Assembly (NCBI GenBank): GCA_049319825.1 | Contig: JBMORT010000009.1 | Location: 131,349-195,348 of the forward strand | Source: Patescibacteria group bacterium | Lineage (GTDB): Bacteria > Patescibacteriota > Patescibacteriia > UBA11705 > DATKZF01 | Reading direction: 5' to 3' | Length of the DNA: 64,000 bases | In this document: piece by piece, positions 47,785-57,799 of the stretch | Layout: every line of letters starts with the position of its first letter | Numbering within the stretch: position 1 is the first letter of the stretch | The notes under the pieces: generated by a model | Database searches by the model: none | The model's input: only the letters and a program-made list of their open reading frames with translations | What the model was told of the DNA's origin: nothing | Made by a program: the position numbers and the translations under genes

Positions 47785-48256
47785 AAAACTATGCCCCCCT
47801 TCACCCCCAAAAGCAATAAACCCTATAAACTCTCCCGCACCGAGCATTAATCATGGAAAAGGGAGCATGAAACATGGAGCATGAATTACTAGGACCGTAG
47901 GACAGTATGGCTGTAGGATTAAATTGATTTAAAAAGCGTGAATGAGAGCCCGTTTTCGGGGTAAATTCACGGGTTATTGACAAAAATGCGTGATTAAGCG
48001 CATTTTAATTTGAATTTAATAATTTTATTAAAATTTCAAACTAAAAAAACAGACATATATTTACATAATTTAGCGTAAAAAGCGATGTTTTAAATTTCTT
48101 GTAAGGTGTAATTGACAAGAAACTAAAGGCCATTTAAATTTTAATTTAATAAAAAAAGCACCTGTCTGCGGTTTATGAATTGACCGCTAGGGAGCCGAAG
48201 CCCCCACAAGTGCTGATTATAATATATCAAATATTGGTGAAAATGTCAATTGTTAC

Positions 48257-49003
48257 ATGTTAATAAATAATTCTATGCCTCGCAATCTTTTTGACCCCAA
48301 AAATAAAAAGCCATTTAAATTAAGCCGCACCAAGCTCGAGGACTTTGTCCGATGCCCCCGCTGTTTTTATTTGGACCGCAGGCTGGGCATATCAAAGCCG
48401 AGCATGCCGCAATTCAATTTGAACATTGCCGTTGACCATCTGCTGAAAAAAGAATTCGACATTCACCGCGTAAAGGGCATCGCGCATCCGCTCATGAAGG
48501 CGTATAAAATCAAAGCCGTGCCGCTGGCTGATGACCGCCTGGACGAATGGAGAAATAATTTCCGCGGCATTCAATATTTTCACAAACCAACCAATCTCAT
48601 CATCTTCGGCGCCATCGACGACATCTGGCTTAATTCCAAAGGCGAGCTGATGATCGTTGATTATAAATCAACCAGCACTGAAAACGAAGTGACGCTCGAA
48701 GGCGAATGGAAGGCCGGCTACAAGCGGCAGGTGGAGATTTACCAGTGGCTTTTCAGAAAAAACGGCTTCAAAGTCTCTGACACCGGATATTTCGTCTATG
48801 CCAATGGCCGAAAAGACCGAAAGGCGTTCGACGCCAGGCTGGAATTCGATGTCACTGTCCTGCCGTATAAAGGCAATGACCAATGGGTGAGTAAGGCCAT
48901 CAGAGACGCGCATAAAGTCCTAATGTCCAACAAAATCCCCGCAGCCGGCAAAGGGTGCGAGTATTGCCTGTATCGGAGGAAGGCGAAAAGGGCGGAAAAA
49001 TAA
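48257..49003 (+). CDS. PD-(D/E)XK nuclease family protein, Cas4/RecB-like (DUF83-type) with Fe-S-type cysteines; standalone.
   Basis: N-terminal 'CPRCFY'. Core 'IFGAIDDIW...MIVDYKST'. C-terminal 'GCEYCLY'. Confidence 0.55.
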   Translation: MLINNSMPRNLFDPKNKKPFKLSRTKLEDFVRCPRCFYLDRRLGISKPSMPQFNLNIAVDHLLKKEFDIHRVKGIAHPLMKAYKIKAVPLADDRLDEWRNNFRGIQYFHKPTNLIIFGAIDDIWLNSKGELMIVDYKSTSTENEVTLEGEWKAGYKRQVEIYQWLFRKNGFKVSDTGYFVYANGRKDRKAFDARLEFDVTVLPYKGNDQWVSKAIRDAHKVLMSNKIPAAGKGCEYCLYRRKAKRAEK

Positions 49004-49062
49004 AAAAGCCCGATATTCGCGCGATCAATGCTCTGCTCGAGGCGGCGAGATCCGGGCCTTTT

Positions 49063-50031
49063 TTATTTTAATGTTGTTCCGATAAAATCAGCATGCCCGT
49101 TAACGAAGCTGGCAATATCAACTTCATTTTTACCCTCCAGCTTAAGCTTGATCAAAATCAAGCAACCGAGACCGGTCTGAATCGCGACATTGCCGTCTTT
49201 TTTAAATACCAATCCGATCGGCCGTTGACCGTTACTTGATAAAAAATCCGCTTTGATAATGTCCAGCTTCTTATTTTTGAAATAGGTAAAAGCCCCGGGC
49301 CAAGGAGTAAACGCTCTGATCTGATTGAAAATATGCTCGGCTGAATTGGTCCAAGCGATCCGGCCTTGCCCTTTGGAAATCGTGGGGAAAACAGAGGCCA
49401 GCTGGTCGTCCTGCTTTTGCGGTTTTATTTTACCGGCCAGATAATCGGTGACCACCTTGACTATCGATCGCGCGCCCAGCTCAGCCAGCAAATCATGGAG
49501 CGTGCCCAGGTCATCGGCTTTTTTTATATCGATCTCACTCTGCGCCAAAATATCGCCCGTATCCAATCCTTCATCGATTTTCATTATGGTCACGCCGGTT
49601 TGTTTATCGCCATGACGCAGCGCGGCCTGTATCGGCGAAGCGCCCCGATATTTGGGCAAAAGAGACGCGTGAATGTTCAGGCAACCGAATTTGGGCAGAT
49701 CAATTATCGCCTTTGGCAAAATCTTTCCATAGGCGACAACCACCGCCAAGTCCGGCTTTATTTTGTTCAGCCGGTCAACTAAATCCTCATCCAATTTTTC
49801 CGGCTGCAAAATAAAAAAATCACGCGACATGGCGTATTCTTTAACGGGTGGAGCGGATAATATTTTTTTTCTGCCCTTGGGCTGATCCGGCTGGGTAATA
49901 ACCGCTTCAATTGAAAAATTTTCAGCCAATTCTCGAAGGGCTGGTATGGCAAAGTCGGGTGTGCCGAAAAAAATTATTTTTATTGCTTTCATATCTGAAA
50001 TGCGCAAAGCGAGAGTCGCAAAGCGATTCAC
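49063..50031 (-). CDS. fmt: Methionyl-tRNA formyltransferase.
   Basis: 'IIFFGTPDFAIPAL' and 'HASLLPKYRGASPIQAAL'. Confidence 0.85.
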   Translation of the reverse strand: MNRFATLALRISDMKAIKIIFFGTPDFAIPALRELAENFSIEAVITQPDQPKGRKKILSAPPVKEYAMSRDFFILQPEKLDEDLVDRLNKIKPDLAVVVAYGKILPKAIIDLPKFGCLNIHASLLPKYRGASPIQAALRHGDKQTGVTIMKIDEGLDTGDILAQSEIDIKKADDLGTLHDLLAELGARSIVKVVTDYLAGKIKPQKQDDQLASVFPTISKGQGRIAWTNSAEHIFNQIRAFTPWPGAFTYFKNKKLDIIKADFLSSNGQRPIGLVFKKDGNVAIQTGLGCLILIKLKLEGKNEVDIASFVNGHADFIGTTLK

Positions 50032-50102
50032 CGGCCGGCGCGGCCGATATCATCAGTGCGGGCAGGTATATCGCATATCGCATTTCGCGCCTCGTATTTC
50101 TT
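50032..50102 (+). repeat. Copy of the intergenic repeat family 2 with a GC-rich insert (ccggccggcgcggccg).
   Basis: gcgcaaagcgagagtcgcaaagcgattc ... tatcgcatatcgcatttcgcgcctc matches 32460-32522. Confidence 0.5.
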
Positions 50103-50573
50103 TTATTTTATTTCGCCTTTGATTATTTTTATAACCTTGTCAATAAATAAAACCCCGTCCAGATGATCCACTTCATGCTGTATCACTCTGGCGAACATAC
50201 CTGCGGCGACAAAAATCATTTCTCGGCCGTTAATATCCAATGCTTTGACTTTGATCTTTTTGTAGCGCTTAACGGTGCCGAAAATTCCCGGTACAGACAG
50301 GCAGCCTTCTTCATCAATTATTTTTTTTAAGCTTTTTCTAATAATACGGGGATTGATCAATACCAAATCGCCATTTTCCGTATTAATGACGCAAATTCTT
50401 TTGTTTGTGCCAATCTGCGGAGCGGCCAGGCCGATGCCATCTTCTTTATGCATTGTTTCGGCCATATCCAAAACAAGCCTTTTAAAGCCTTCGGTTTTTA
50501 TTTCTTCAGGGCCGATCTCGATATTTTTCGCCCGGAGAATTTTATTTGGATGAGTGATGATATCGAAAGCCAT
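50103..50573 (-). CDS. def: Peptide deformylase.
   Basis: 'GIGLAAPQIG', 'EGCLSVPG', 'HEVDHLDG'. Confidence 0.9.
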   Translation of the reverse strand: MAFDIITHPNKILRAKNIEIGPEEIKTEGFKRLVLDMAETMHKEDGIGLAAPQIGTNKRICVINTENGDLVLINPRIIRKSLKKIIDEEGCLSVPGIFGTVKRYKKIKVKALDINGREMIFVAAGMFARVIQHEVDHLDGVLFIDKVIKIIKGEIK

Positions 50574-50582
50574 ATTGGATCT

Positions 50583-50680
50583 ACTAGATTACAGATTCAC
50601 GTACGGATTATACAAGATTATTACATTGCGCCTTTTAAAGCGATCTGTACAATCTTGTATGTAAATCTCGTAATCTGGTA
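50583..50680 (-). repeat. Repeat family 1 element in inverted orientation, between priA and def.
   Basis: Reverse complement 'ccagattacgagatttacatacaagattgtacagatc...' aligns with 33583-33653. Internal tacaagat/atcttgta inverted pair. Confidence 0.65.
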
Positions 50681-50688
50681 ATATCAAA

Positions 50689-52557
50689 TTATAACAGATT
50701 TATCGGGTTCTTGTCAACTATTATATCATTCGGAATGGCTTTAATCAATACTTTTTCGGCCTGTTGATCGAAAACCTTTACGGCGATCTGCCAAATAAAA
50801 TAATCCCTGATTTTAACGGAATAGGCGGCATATGGCGCGGATGGCTCAATTCCTTGGATACCTGATATTTTACCGGAAATATAATCAATTTTCTGCTTTG
50901 CTTTTTTTTCAAATTTATCCCGAACAATTATTTTAATCATGTTGAAATAAGGAGGATAGTTAAGCAGCTGGCGAGCTTTTAATTCTTTTTTATAAAATTC
51001 AAGCGGCCGGTTAAAATAGGCGACAGCGTGATTTTCCAAAAAAGCGCTTTGAATTAAAATTTTGATGTTTGGATTCTGAGAATATAATTTTTGAGTGAAT
51101 TTTCGAAGCAGATAAAAGACCTTGGCCGGATGAGAGAAATCAGGCAGATAAAACAAACTGTCAAAATACACGAAAGCCGCTCGGTCAAAGAGTAAATTGC
51201 CGTCATTTATCGATGGCAGCCCGACCATTATATTCGGACTAGCATATTTTTTTCGTATTAATGCTTCGAACCCCATGGCCCCAATACCCGTGGCCCGAAT
51301 ACTGGCGCCCCCGCACTGCGGGCACAGTGTCGGTTGAACCGTATACTTTAGGCAATGGTGGCAGAACAGACGAGATTCCGGATAAACGGTCAATGGCAAG
51401 CCGCAAATCGAACAGCTGATCACTTTTTGGCAATCGGCGCACTTTAAGGTGCTGGCATAACCGCGCTTATTTACCAATAACAATATCTGTTCATTTTTTT
51501 CCAATCCGTGCTTGATGAATTTATCCAGATTTTCGGTCAGATAATAATCATCGCCACCGACACTGAATTCAACGCGACGCACCTGCGCTTCGGGAATATT
51601 TTTCCCCAGATTTATCAATTTGAATCGCTGTTTTTGCGCAGCGAAATATGTTTCCGGCTTGGGAGCGAATCCGGAAACAATCAGTTTGGCCGATGTAAGT
51701 TTGGCTATCCGAAATAAAACCTCGCCGGCGTCGTAGCGCGGATTCTGATCCCACTGTTTGTAATCATCGGATTCGGAGCGATCAATGATGACGGTCCTGA
51801 CGTTCATCAAATTGAAAAAGATCGCCGATCTGGTACCGAGCAGCACCTTGGCGCTAGCAGACGCGATCGCTTGATAATATCGTAGATATTTATTTTTACT
51901 TGATTTATAAGTTTTGCTGTCCAAGATCAACGCCAAATCGGCGATATTATCGGGCAGGCGTCTTCGAAAAACTTCCAGATCAGCCAGCGTGGGGAAGAGC
52001 AGCAGTATCTGTCGGTCGGCATCGATATGTTTTTTTATCAGTCTAACGTACAACTGATCGGTCAGCTCCGTGTTTTGGTTCAACAGCAGATATCCTTTTT
52101 CTTCGGAGTCAATAATTTCTTTTGCCAGCCTGGCCATGGTTTCTGAGATCATCAGATCATTTGTCGCTGCCGTCTTTTTTTCTTCCGTGCCTTTATTCAT
52201 CAATCCGTTTTCATTGCCGGCATAATTGCTTCGTCTTTTGGGAATTTCCGGCAGCATCAGCTGGGCCGTCGAGGCGAGCGAATGGTGATAAAATTCGCTG
52301 AACCAGCTAATCAGTTCAATTTGATATTTGGCAATCAAGTCTTTATCGATAATCCTGATGATTGACTTCAACTCAAAACCGGGCTGGTGGACGGAAAATC
52401 CGACGACCAATCCGAATATTTTTGATTTTTTAAATTCCATCTCGACAATGGCGCCGGCACTGATATCATCAGCCAGTGATTCCGGAATAAAATAATCAAA
52501 AACCTCAACGGATCGGGGCATTTTTCGCAGCGGCAGTATTTGAGCGATTTTTTTCAT
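50689..52557 (-). CDS. priA: Primosomal protein N' (PriA)-like, in the conserved priA-def-fmt order. I could not find a canonical Walker A (GxGKT) or DExH box.
   Basis: PriA-type zinc-binding cysteine cluster 'CADCQKVISCSICGLPLTVYPESRLFCHHC...CPQCGG'. Helicase-core positions read 'LLLNQNTELTDQ' and 'VIIDRSESDDY'. Confidence 0.65.
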   Translation of the reverse strand: MKKIAQILPLRKMPRSVEVFDYFIPESLADDISAGAIVEMEFKKSKIFGLVVGFSVHQPGFELKSIIRIIDKDLIAKYQIELISWFSEFYHHSLASTAQLMLPEIPKRRSNYAGNENGLMNKGTEEKKTAATNDLMISETMARLAKEIIDSEEKGYLLLNQNTELTDQLYVRLIKKHIDADRQILLLFPTLADLEVFRRRLPDNIADLALILDSKTYKSSKNKYLRYYQAIASASAKVLLGTRSAIFFNLMNVRTVIIDRSESDDYKQWDQNPRYDAGEVLFRIAKLTSAKLIVSGFAPKPETYFAAQKQRFKLINLGKNIPEAQVRRVEFSVGGDDYYLTENLDKFIKHGLEKNEQILLLVNKRGYASTLKCADCQKVISCSICGLPLTVYPESRLFCHHCLKYTVQPTLCPQCGGASIRATGIGAMGFEALIRKKYASPNIMVGLPSINDGNLLFDRAAFVYFDSLFYLPDFSHPAKVFYLLRKFTQKLYSQNPNIKILIQSAFLENHAVAYFNRPLEFYKKELKARQLLNYPPYFNMIKIIVRDKFEKKAKQKIDYISGKISGIQGIEPSAPYAAYSVKIRDYFIWQIAVKVFDQQAEKVLIKAIPNDIIVDKNPINLL

Positions 52558-52676
52558 ATTTTAATGATAGCAAAATTGCGCTGAAATTTCTAATTTCATT
52601 CGGTGATTTTTAAATAATAAAAGGTCCCCGCGGGGACTCATGTCTTTTTCCACTCAATAATTGGCGCTGTATTCTT

Positions 52677-53468
52677 TTATTTAAACACAAATTCTCCCAC
52701 CAAGTATCCGACCCCGAACGGCGCCTCGTAAGAAAGCACTTCGAATTCATAATTCATGTGTTCAACAATGCCCAGCAGAATTAAAAACGATCGCAGGCCG
52801 CATTCTGCCGCTTCTTCGATCAATTCAGGATCAATATTCAAAATATTGTTGATTTTTTTCTCTTTCATCAGCTTTATCAATTTCTTATCGAATTCTTTGG
52901 CGCGCTTGGAAAAACCCGCGGGCGCGTCCAGACTCAGCCGATGAGAAAGATCGCCGGATGCGATTATCGCTATTTTTTTATCGGTATCAAAAATCGCTTC
53001 TTTTAATTCTTTGCCGAATTCCAAATGCTTTTGGTGGCTTAAAAGACAATAATTGATCGGCACGATCTTTAAATCTTTTAGGCCGGCGGTCAGGTAATAT
53101 AAGGGCACGGCAACGCCGTGGTCCAGGTTTTCATGCTGGCTTAAAAAAACCGGCAATTTGGTTTCCACCCGCTCTTTGAAGCGATTGATAAATTCCAAAT
53201 CAGGATTAAATGTCAATTTCGTGGTAAAATCTCCAAACGCCTCGAAATTCGCTTCATAAACGGAATTGGTGTTGATATTGAAGGAGTCGGTAAAAAATTC
53301 TCCGTGCGGCGAGATGACAATAATTGTTTCCGGCTCAGCCGCCAGCAATTTTTTATTCAGTTCTTTGAGCGAATCGATTGTCTTTTGCACTTCAGTGATA
53401 TTTTGTTTGCCGATGGCCGGAATGATAATGGGCGGATGCGGGGCGACGGCGGCGAAGACTAAAGACAT
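52677..53468 (-). CDS. Class III extradiol dioxygenase-fold protein (LigB/YgiD/Memo superfamily).
   Basis: 'AVAPHPPIIIP', 'IVISPHGEF', 'SGDLSHRLS' His-containing motifs typical of the LigB fold. Confidence 0.5.
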   Translation of the reverse strand: MSLVFAAVAPHPPIIIPAIGKQNITEVQKTIDSLKELNKKLLAAEPETIIVISPHGEFFTDSFNINTNSVYEANFEAFGDFTTKLTFNPDLEFINRFKERVETKLPVFLSQHENLDHGVAVPLYYLTAGLKDLKIVPINYCLLSHQKHLEFGKELKEAIFDTDKKIAIIASGDLSHRLSLDAPAGFSKRAKEFDKKLIKLMKEKKINNILNIDPELIEEAAECGLRSFLILLGIVEHMNYEFEVLSYEAPFGVGYLVGEFVFK

Positions 53469-53498
53469 ATGTATGAATTATGGAACATCAAGCATGGA

Positions 53499-54917
53499 TC
53501 ATTCTTGCAAATAATCCAATGTAATTTCCTCTCCCAGAGGGATATTTACTAAGGTCGACGGATCGATTGTGGTAATATTGCTCCAGCTGTAGCCGAGTTC
53601 ATTAAAAACTTTTTCCGTGGGGATGAGCAATCTGCGACCCCCGCTGGTGACATAGACCTGCGGCGAATCGAATGATTTTATCAATGCCCCGTCTTTTATG
53701 GTCACCAAGCCGCCGCGTTCGTATTTATCAAGCTCCAAGGGTGAAGTGACGGTTATATGGTAATGTGAAAAATTTATATCCAGCAGATAACGATTGGGAA
53801 TCGGATGCTTCACGCCGTTTTGCACGAAGAAAACACCGCCGGTTTGATTATCCTGAAGCAGCGCGCCGGCCGGATAAGTCGTTTTAATGGTGATCGGATC
53901 GCCGGGATTAAACATTTTCGCTTCATCGGCGGTAATGTCAATCAATTCTTCCAGATTAAAGCCGATCATCCGGAACACTTCCATGCTTTCTATATGCCGC
54001 AGGCGATCATCGGATAACAGGTAAATATTGCCACCGGGATCTTTTAGCAATGAATGCTGAGGGAATTTAATGGGCAAGCCCATCGGATAACCGCTGAGCA
54101 CGCTTTTGTCAACCGAAATGACATCCTTTAAATCGAAGCGGCTGACCAGCGCGCCTCGAGACAGAAAAGGCCGTTTGGTCCCATGATCAATCAGCCAAAC
54201 TCCGGGCTCGTCTTTGACCTGAATCAACGTTCCATCGGGATAAATTTTGGAGAAATAGGAATTCCAGAGCTTCCAAAAATTAAAATTGCCATGAATGTGA
54301 GGCGTATAAATATACAAATTGGCGGTGGCGCGATTTAAAATCGTGACGATTTGCCCGTCGATTATGTATGTGCCGCCGACCTGATGGTTGAATTCCCAGG
54401 GATTTTCGATATAATATTGATTCCGCCACGCCGCGCGATCGATCTGCTTGGCGAATCCTTTGAATTTTTGGATTAACGGATCGTCTTTGGAACATGAGTC
54501 GCACACGGCGTAGCCGGTGGCCCAATCGAGCTGATCCTGAGTCGGCTTTGGGTCTTCGATCAGGCTTTGTTCTTTTTGCAGCAGCACCAATAAATATTTG
54601 GGGCTGATTTGATAACGCAGCGCCGCTCGATAAATTATTTCCGCGGCCGACCGCAGCTGACCGTCAATGTCTTCAAACGTTTTATGGGCCAATATTCCCG
54701 ATTTGGAGTGTAAAAAGGCGATTATATCCTCCAATTTCATTGACGAGGAATCCCTGAACTCGCTGTCGGAAATGATATATCCCGGATTAAAATCATCCGC
54801 CCGTACCGGCTGACAGCAGGGGATAAGCAGGGAAATCAATAAAATTAAAGTGATAACGAATTTTTTCATATTGTTAACGATATTATTCATGATACCATAA
54901 AATAAATGATTGTTCAA
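53499..54917 (-). CDS. Secreted hypothetical protein.
   Basis: Signal peptide 'MKKFVITLILLISLLIPCCQPVRA'; no recognised domain. Confidence 0.4.
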   Translation of the reverse strand: MNNHLFYGIMNNIVNNMKKFVITLILLISLLIPCCQPVRADDFNPGYIISDSEFRDSSSMKLEDIIAFLHSKSGILAHKTFEDIDGQLRSAAEIIYRAALRYQISPKYLLVLLQKEQSLIEDPKPTQDQLDWATGYAVCDSCSKDDPLIQKFKGFAKQIDRAAWRNQYYIENPWEFNHQVGGTYIIDGQIVTILNRATANLYIYTPHIHGNFNFWKLWNSYFSKIYPDGTLIQVKDEPGVWLIDHGTKRPFLSRGALVSRFDLKDVISVDKSVLSGYPMGLPIKFPQHSLLKDPGGNIYLLSDDRLRHIESMEVFRMIGFNLEELIDITADEAKMFNPGDPITIKTTYPAGALLQDNQTGGVFFVQNGVKHPIPNRYLLDINFSHYHITVTSPLELDKYERGGLVTIKDGALIKSFDSPQVYVTSGGRRLLIPTEKVFNELGYSWSNITTIDPSTLVNIPLGEEITLDYLQE

Positions 54918-55012
54918 ACTATATATATTTAGACACCGCTAACACTCAATCATTACACCGGCTATCAGCGTGAAAAATTTTATTGATAAAAAAACGGACA
55001 TTGATGTCCGTT

Positions 55013-57661
55013 TTATGATTGACTATCGGCGCTAAAGATGATTTTATTTTCGCTAAAGTCGACCGTTATATTTTTTTGTTCATTTATTTTTGAAGAAACT
55101 ATGCGCATCGCCAATTCATCCAGAATTTCATTTTGAATCAATCGCTTCAGCGGTCTGGCGCCATAAGCCGGGTCATAGCCCTTATCAGCCAAATGCTTTT
55201 TCAGACAATGCGTAAATTCAATGCCGATGCCTCTGCCGGCCAGACGCCTTTTGATTTCCTCGAGTCGCAGGTTGACGATCTTGGCCAAATCAGACTTGCT
55301 CAAGCTGTCAAACATGATTATATCGTCCACCCGATTCAAAAACTCGGGTTTGAATCGTTCGCGGAGCATTTCCATGATTTTTCCCTTGACATTTTGCTTG
55401 GCCGGAGTCTTCGCCGCGTTATCGGCAAAGCCGATTTCAGATTGCACAGACAGCTGAAGAATCAAGTCACTGCCGATATTGGACGTCATGATGATGATTG
55501 TATTTTTAAAGTTGACCATCCGACCCTTGGAATCGGTCAATCGTCCGTCGTCGAGCAGCTGAAGCAGCGAATTAAAGACCTCGGGGTGCGCTTTTTCAAT
55601 TTCATCAAATAAAACCACCGAATATGGACGCCGTCTGACCGCCTCGGTCAGCTGACCTCCCTCGTCGTGTCCGATATAGCCCGGCGGTGATCCGATAAAT
55701 TTGGCCACCGAATGCTTTTCCATGTATTCGGACATGTCAATCCTGATCAGGGCGCTTTCATCGTTAAACATAAACTCTGCCAAAGCTTTGGCCAGTTCGG
55801 TTTTTCCCACTCCGGTCGGTCCCATAAAGATGAAAGAACCGATCGGCCTTGATTCTTCGGCTAAGCCGGCTCTTGAGCGGCGCAAAGCGTTGGAAACGGC
55901 CTTAATCGCTTGTGCTTGCCCGATAACCCTCTTTGCCAGATCTGTCTCGGCCCCGGCCAATTTTTGCAATTCGGATTGAAGCATTTTATTAACCGGTATG
56001 CCCGTCCATTTGGCCACGACTGCGGCGATATCTTCCGAGCTGACCTCTTCCTTTAATATTTGCTTGCCGCCGGGTCCGGTCTGAACTTTGGCTAAATTTT
56101 TCTTTTGAGCGTCAATTTCCTTTTCCAGCTCCGGAATTTTACCATAGCGAATCTCCGCGACTTTATCGAACTCGGATTTTCGTTCCACTATATCCGCCTC
56201 TTGCTTTAATTTTTCGATCCGCTTCGAAGCCTCTTGTATTTTCGTGATGATTTCTTTTTCTTTTTTCCAGTGTATTTCCAGCTGATTCGACTGTTCCTTC
56301 AGCTCAGCGAGCTGTTTTTCCAGCGAATTCAATTTTTCGCGAGAATTATCGGTATTTTCCTTGCCGAGCGCCTGTTTTTCGATTTCCAAAGTTTTAATTT
56401 TCCTTTGCAGCTGATCCAGGTCGTCTGGCATGCTGTTCAATTCGATTCTTAGCGCTGATGTCGCTTCATCGATCAGATCAATGGCTTTATCGGGCAAAAA
56501 ACGATCGGTAATGTAGCGCTGCGAAAGCTGCGCCGCGGAGATGATGGCATCATCGGTAATGCGCACGCCATGATGGACTTCGTATTTCTCCTTAATGCCG
56601 CGCAGAATGGCAATCGTGTCTTCAAGCGACGGCTCCGCGACCATGACCGGCTGAAATCGTCGCTCCAGCGCCGCGTCTTTTTCAATATGTTTTCTGTATT
56701 CCTTGATCGTGGTGGCGCCAACGCATCGCAGCTCACCGCGCGCCAAGGCCGGCTTCAATAGGTTCGAAGCGTCCATGGCGCCTTCAGTGGCGCCGGCGCC
56801 AACAATGGTGTGAAGCTCATCTATGAAAACAATAAACTTATCCGAATTTTTCTGAATTTCTTTCAATACCGCTTTTAACCGGTCTTCAAATTCGCCGCGA
56901 AACTTGGTGCCGGCGATCAAAGAACCCAAATCCAGCGAAATGACTTCTTTATTTTTCAGATTTTCAGGCACATCGCCGGAGACGATGCGTTGAGCCAGAC
57001 CTTCGGCAATGGCGGTTTTTCCCGTGCCGGGTTCGCCGATCAAAACCGGATTGTTTTTCGTTCTCCTTGATAAGACCTGCAGCACTCGCCGAATCTCATC
57101 ATTGCGGCCGATAACCGGATCAAGCTTTTCTTTACGCGCCATGTCGGTCAAATTTACGGTGTATTTTTCCAAAACCTGATATTTGCTCTCCGGATCCGGA
57201 TCGGTGACCTGCTGTGAGCCTCGCACTTCAGACAGCACTTTCAGCACCGCTTCGTAATTGAGCTGGTTGTCGGCCAAAATTTCCGACGCTTTGCTTTCCG
57301 CCTGGATTAACGATAAAAATAAATGTTCCGTGGAAATGAATTCATCGCCCAAGCTTTCCGCCACTTGTTCGGAATTGGCCAAGGTATAATTAAAAGCGGG
57401 GGAGACATAAAGCTGCCCCTGAGCGCCGCCTTCGATTTCGCCTTTGGGCAAATTTCTTAGCTCCGATTCAACTCGAGAAATTATTTTACGCGTGTCTTTG
57501 TCCAATTTTTTTAAAATGGTCAAGACAATACTGTCTTTTTGCTCCAACAACGACGCCAGCAGATGAATGACATCAAGCTGAGAATTTTTATATTCAAAAG
57601 CTTTATTCTGCGCCCGTGACAGCGCTTCCTGAGATTTTATAGTGAATTTATTGATATTCAT
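55013..57661 (-). CDS. clpB: ATP-dependent chaperone ClpB.
   Basis: Two AAA+ modules ('GEPGTGKT', 'GPTGVGKT') with a long coiled-coil middle domain. Start set at MNINKF. Confidence 0.9.
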   Translation of the reverse strand: MNINKFTIKSQEALSRAQNKAFEYKNSQLDVIHLLASLLEQKDSIVLTILKKLDKDTRKIISRVESELRNLPKGEIEGGAQGQLYVSPAFNYTLANSEQVAESLGDEFISTEHLFLSLIQAESKASEILADNQLNYEAVLKVLSEVRGSQQVTDPDPESKYQVLEKYTVNLTDMARKEKLDPVIGRNDEIRRVLQVLSRRTKNNPVLIGEPGTGKTAIAEGLAQRIVSGDVPENLKNKEVISLDLGSLIAGTKFRGEFEDRLKAVLKEIQKNSDKFIVFIDELHTIVGAGATEGAMDASNLLKPALARGELRCVGATTIKEYRKHIEKDAALERRFQPVMVAEPSLEDTIAILRGIKEKYEVHHGVRITDDAIISAAQLSQRYITDRFLPDKAIDLIDEATSALRIELNSMPDDLDQLQRKIKTLEIEKQALGKENTDNSREKLNSLEKQLAELKEQSNQLEIHWKKEKEIITKIQEASKRIEKLKQEADIVERKSEFDKVAEIRYGKIPELEKEIDAQKKNLAKVQTGPGGKQILKEEVSSEDIAAVVAKWTGIPVNKMLQSELQKLAGAETDLAKRVIGQAQAIKAVSNALRRSRAGLAEESRPIGSFIFMGPTGVGKTELAKALAEFMFNDESALIRIDMSEYMEKHSVAKFIGSPPGYIGHDEGGQLTEAVRRRPYSVVLFDEIEKAHPEVFNSLLQLLDDGRLTDSKGRMVNFKNTIIIMTSNIGSDLILQLSVQSEIGFADNAAKTPAKQNVKGKIMEMLRERFKPEFLNRVDDIIMFDSLSKSDLAKIVNLRLEEIKRRLAGRGIGIEFTHCLKKHLADKGYDPAYGARPLKRLIQNEILDELAMRIVSSKINEQKNITVDFSENKIIFSADSQS

Positions 57662-57772
57662 ATTTATACCGTGCGGCCAGCCGGGCAACGCTACGGGTGC
57701 GACTAGGCCCATAATCAGTACAGATTAGTCGCCCATGGCCGACTGCCGAACTGATCGCATTTATTTTATTAT

Positions 57773-57799
57773 TTAGCACTCTAATATACAGACTGCTAA
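57773..57799. promoter_or_regulatory. CIRCE-like HrcA operator upstream of clpB (one mismatch to consensus).
   Basis: TTAGCACTC-N9-GACTGCTAA versus consensus TTAGCACTC-N9-GAGTGCTAA. Confidence 0.55.

Noticed and set aside
47801-47983. 60-aa minus-strand ORF in the island-flanking spacer
   Set aside because: No Shine-Dalgarno sequence and a low-complexity translation. The region is better explained as structured non-coding DNA.
49366-49782. 138-aa + strand ORF
   Set aside because: It is antisense to fmt.
55133-55612. 159-aa + strand ORF (and other + strand ORFs in the 55.2-56.8 kb range)
   Set aside because: All are antisense to clpB, whose AAA+ motifs are unambiguous.
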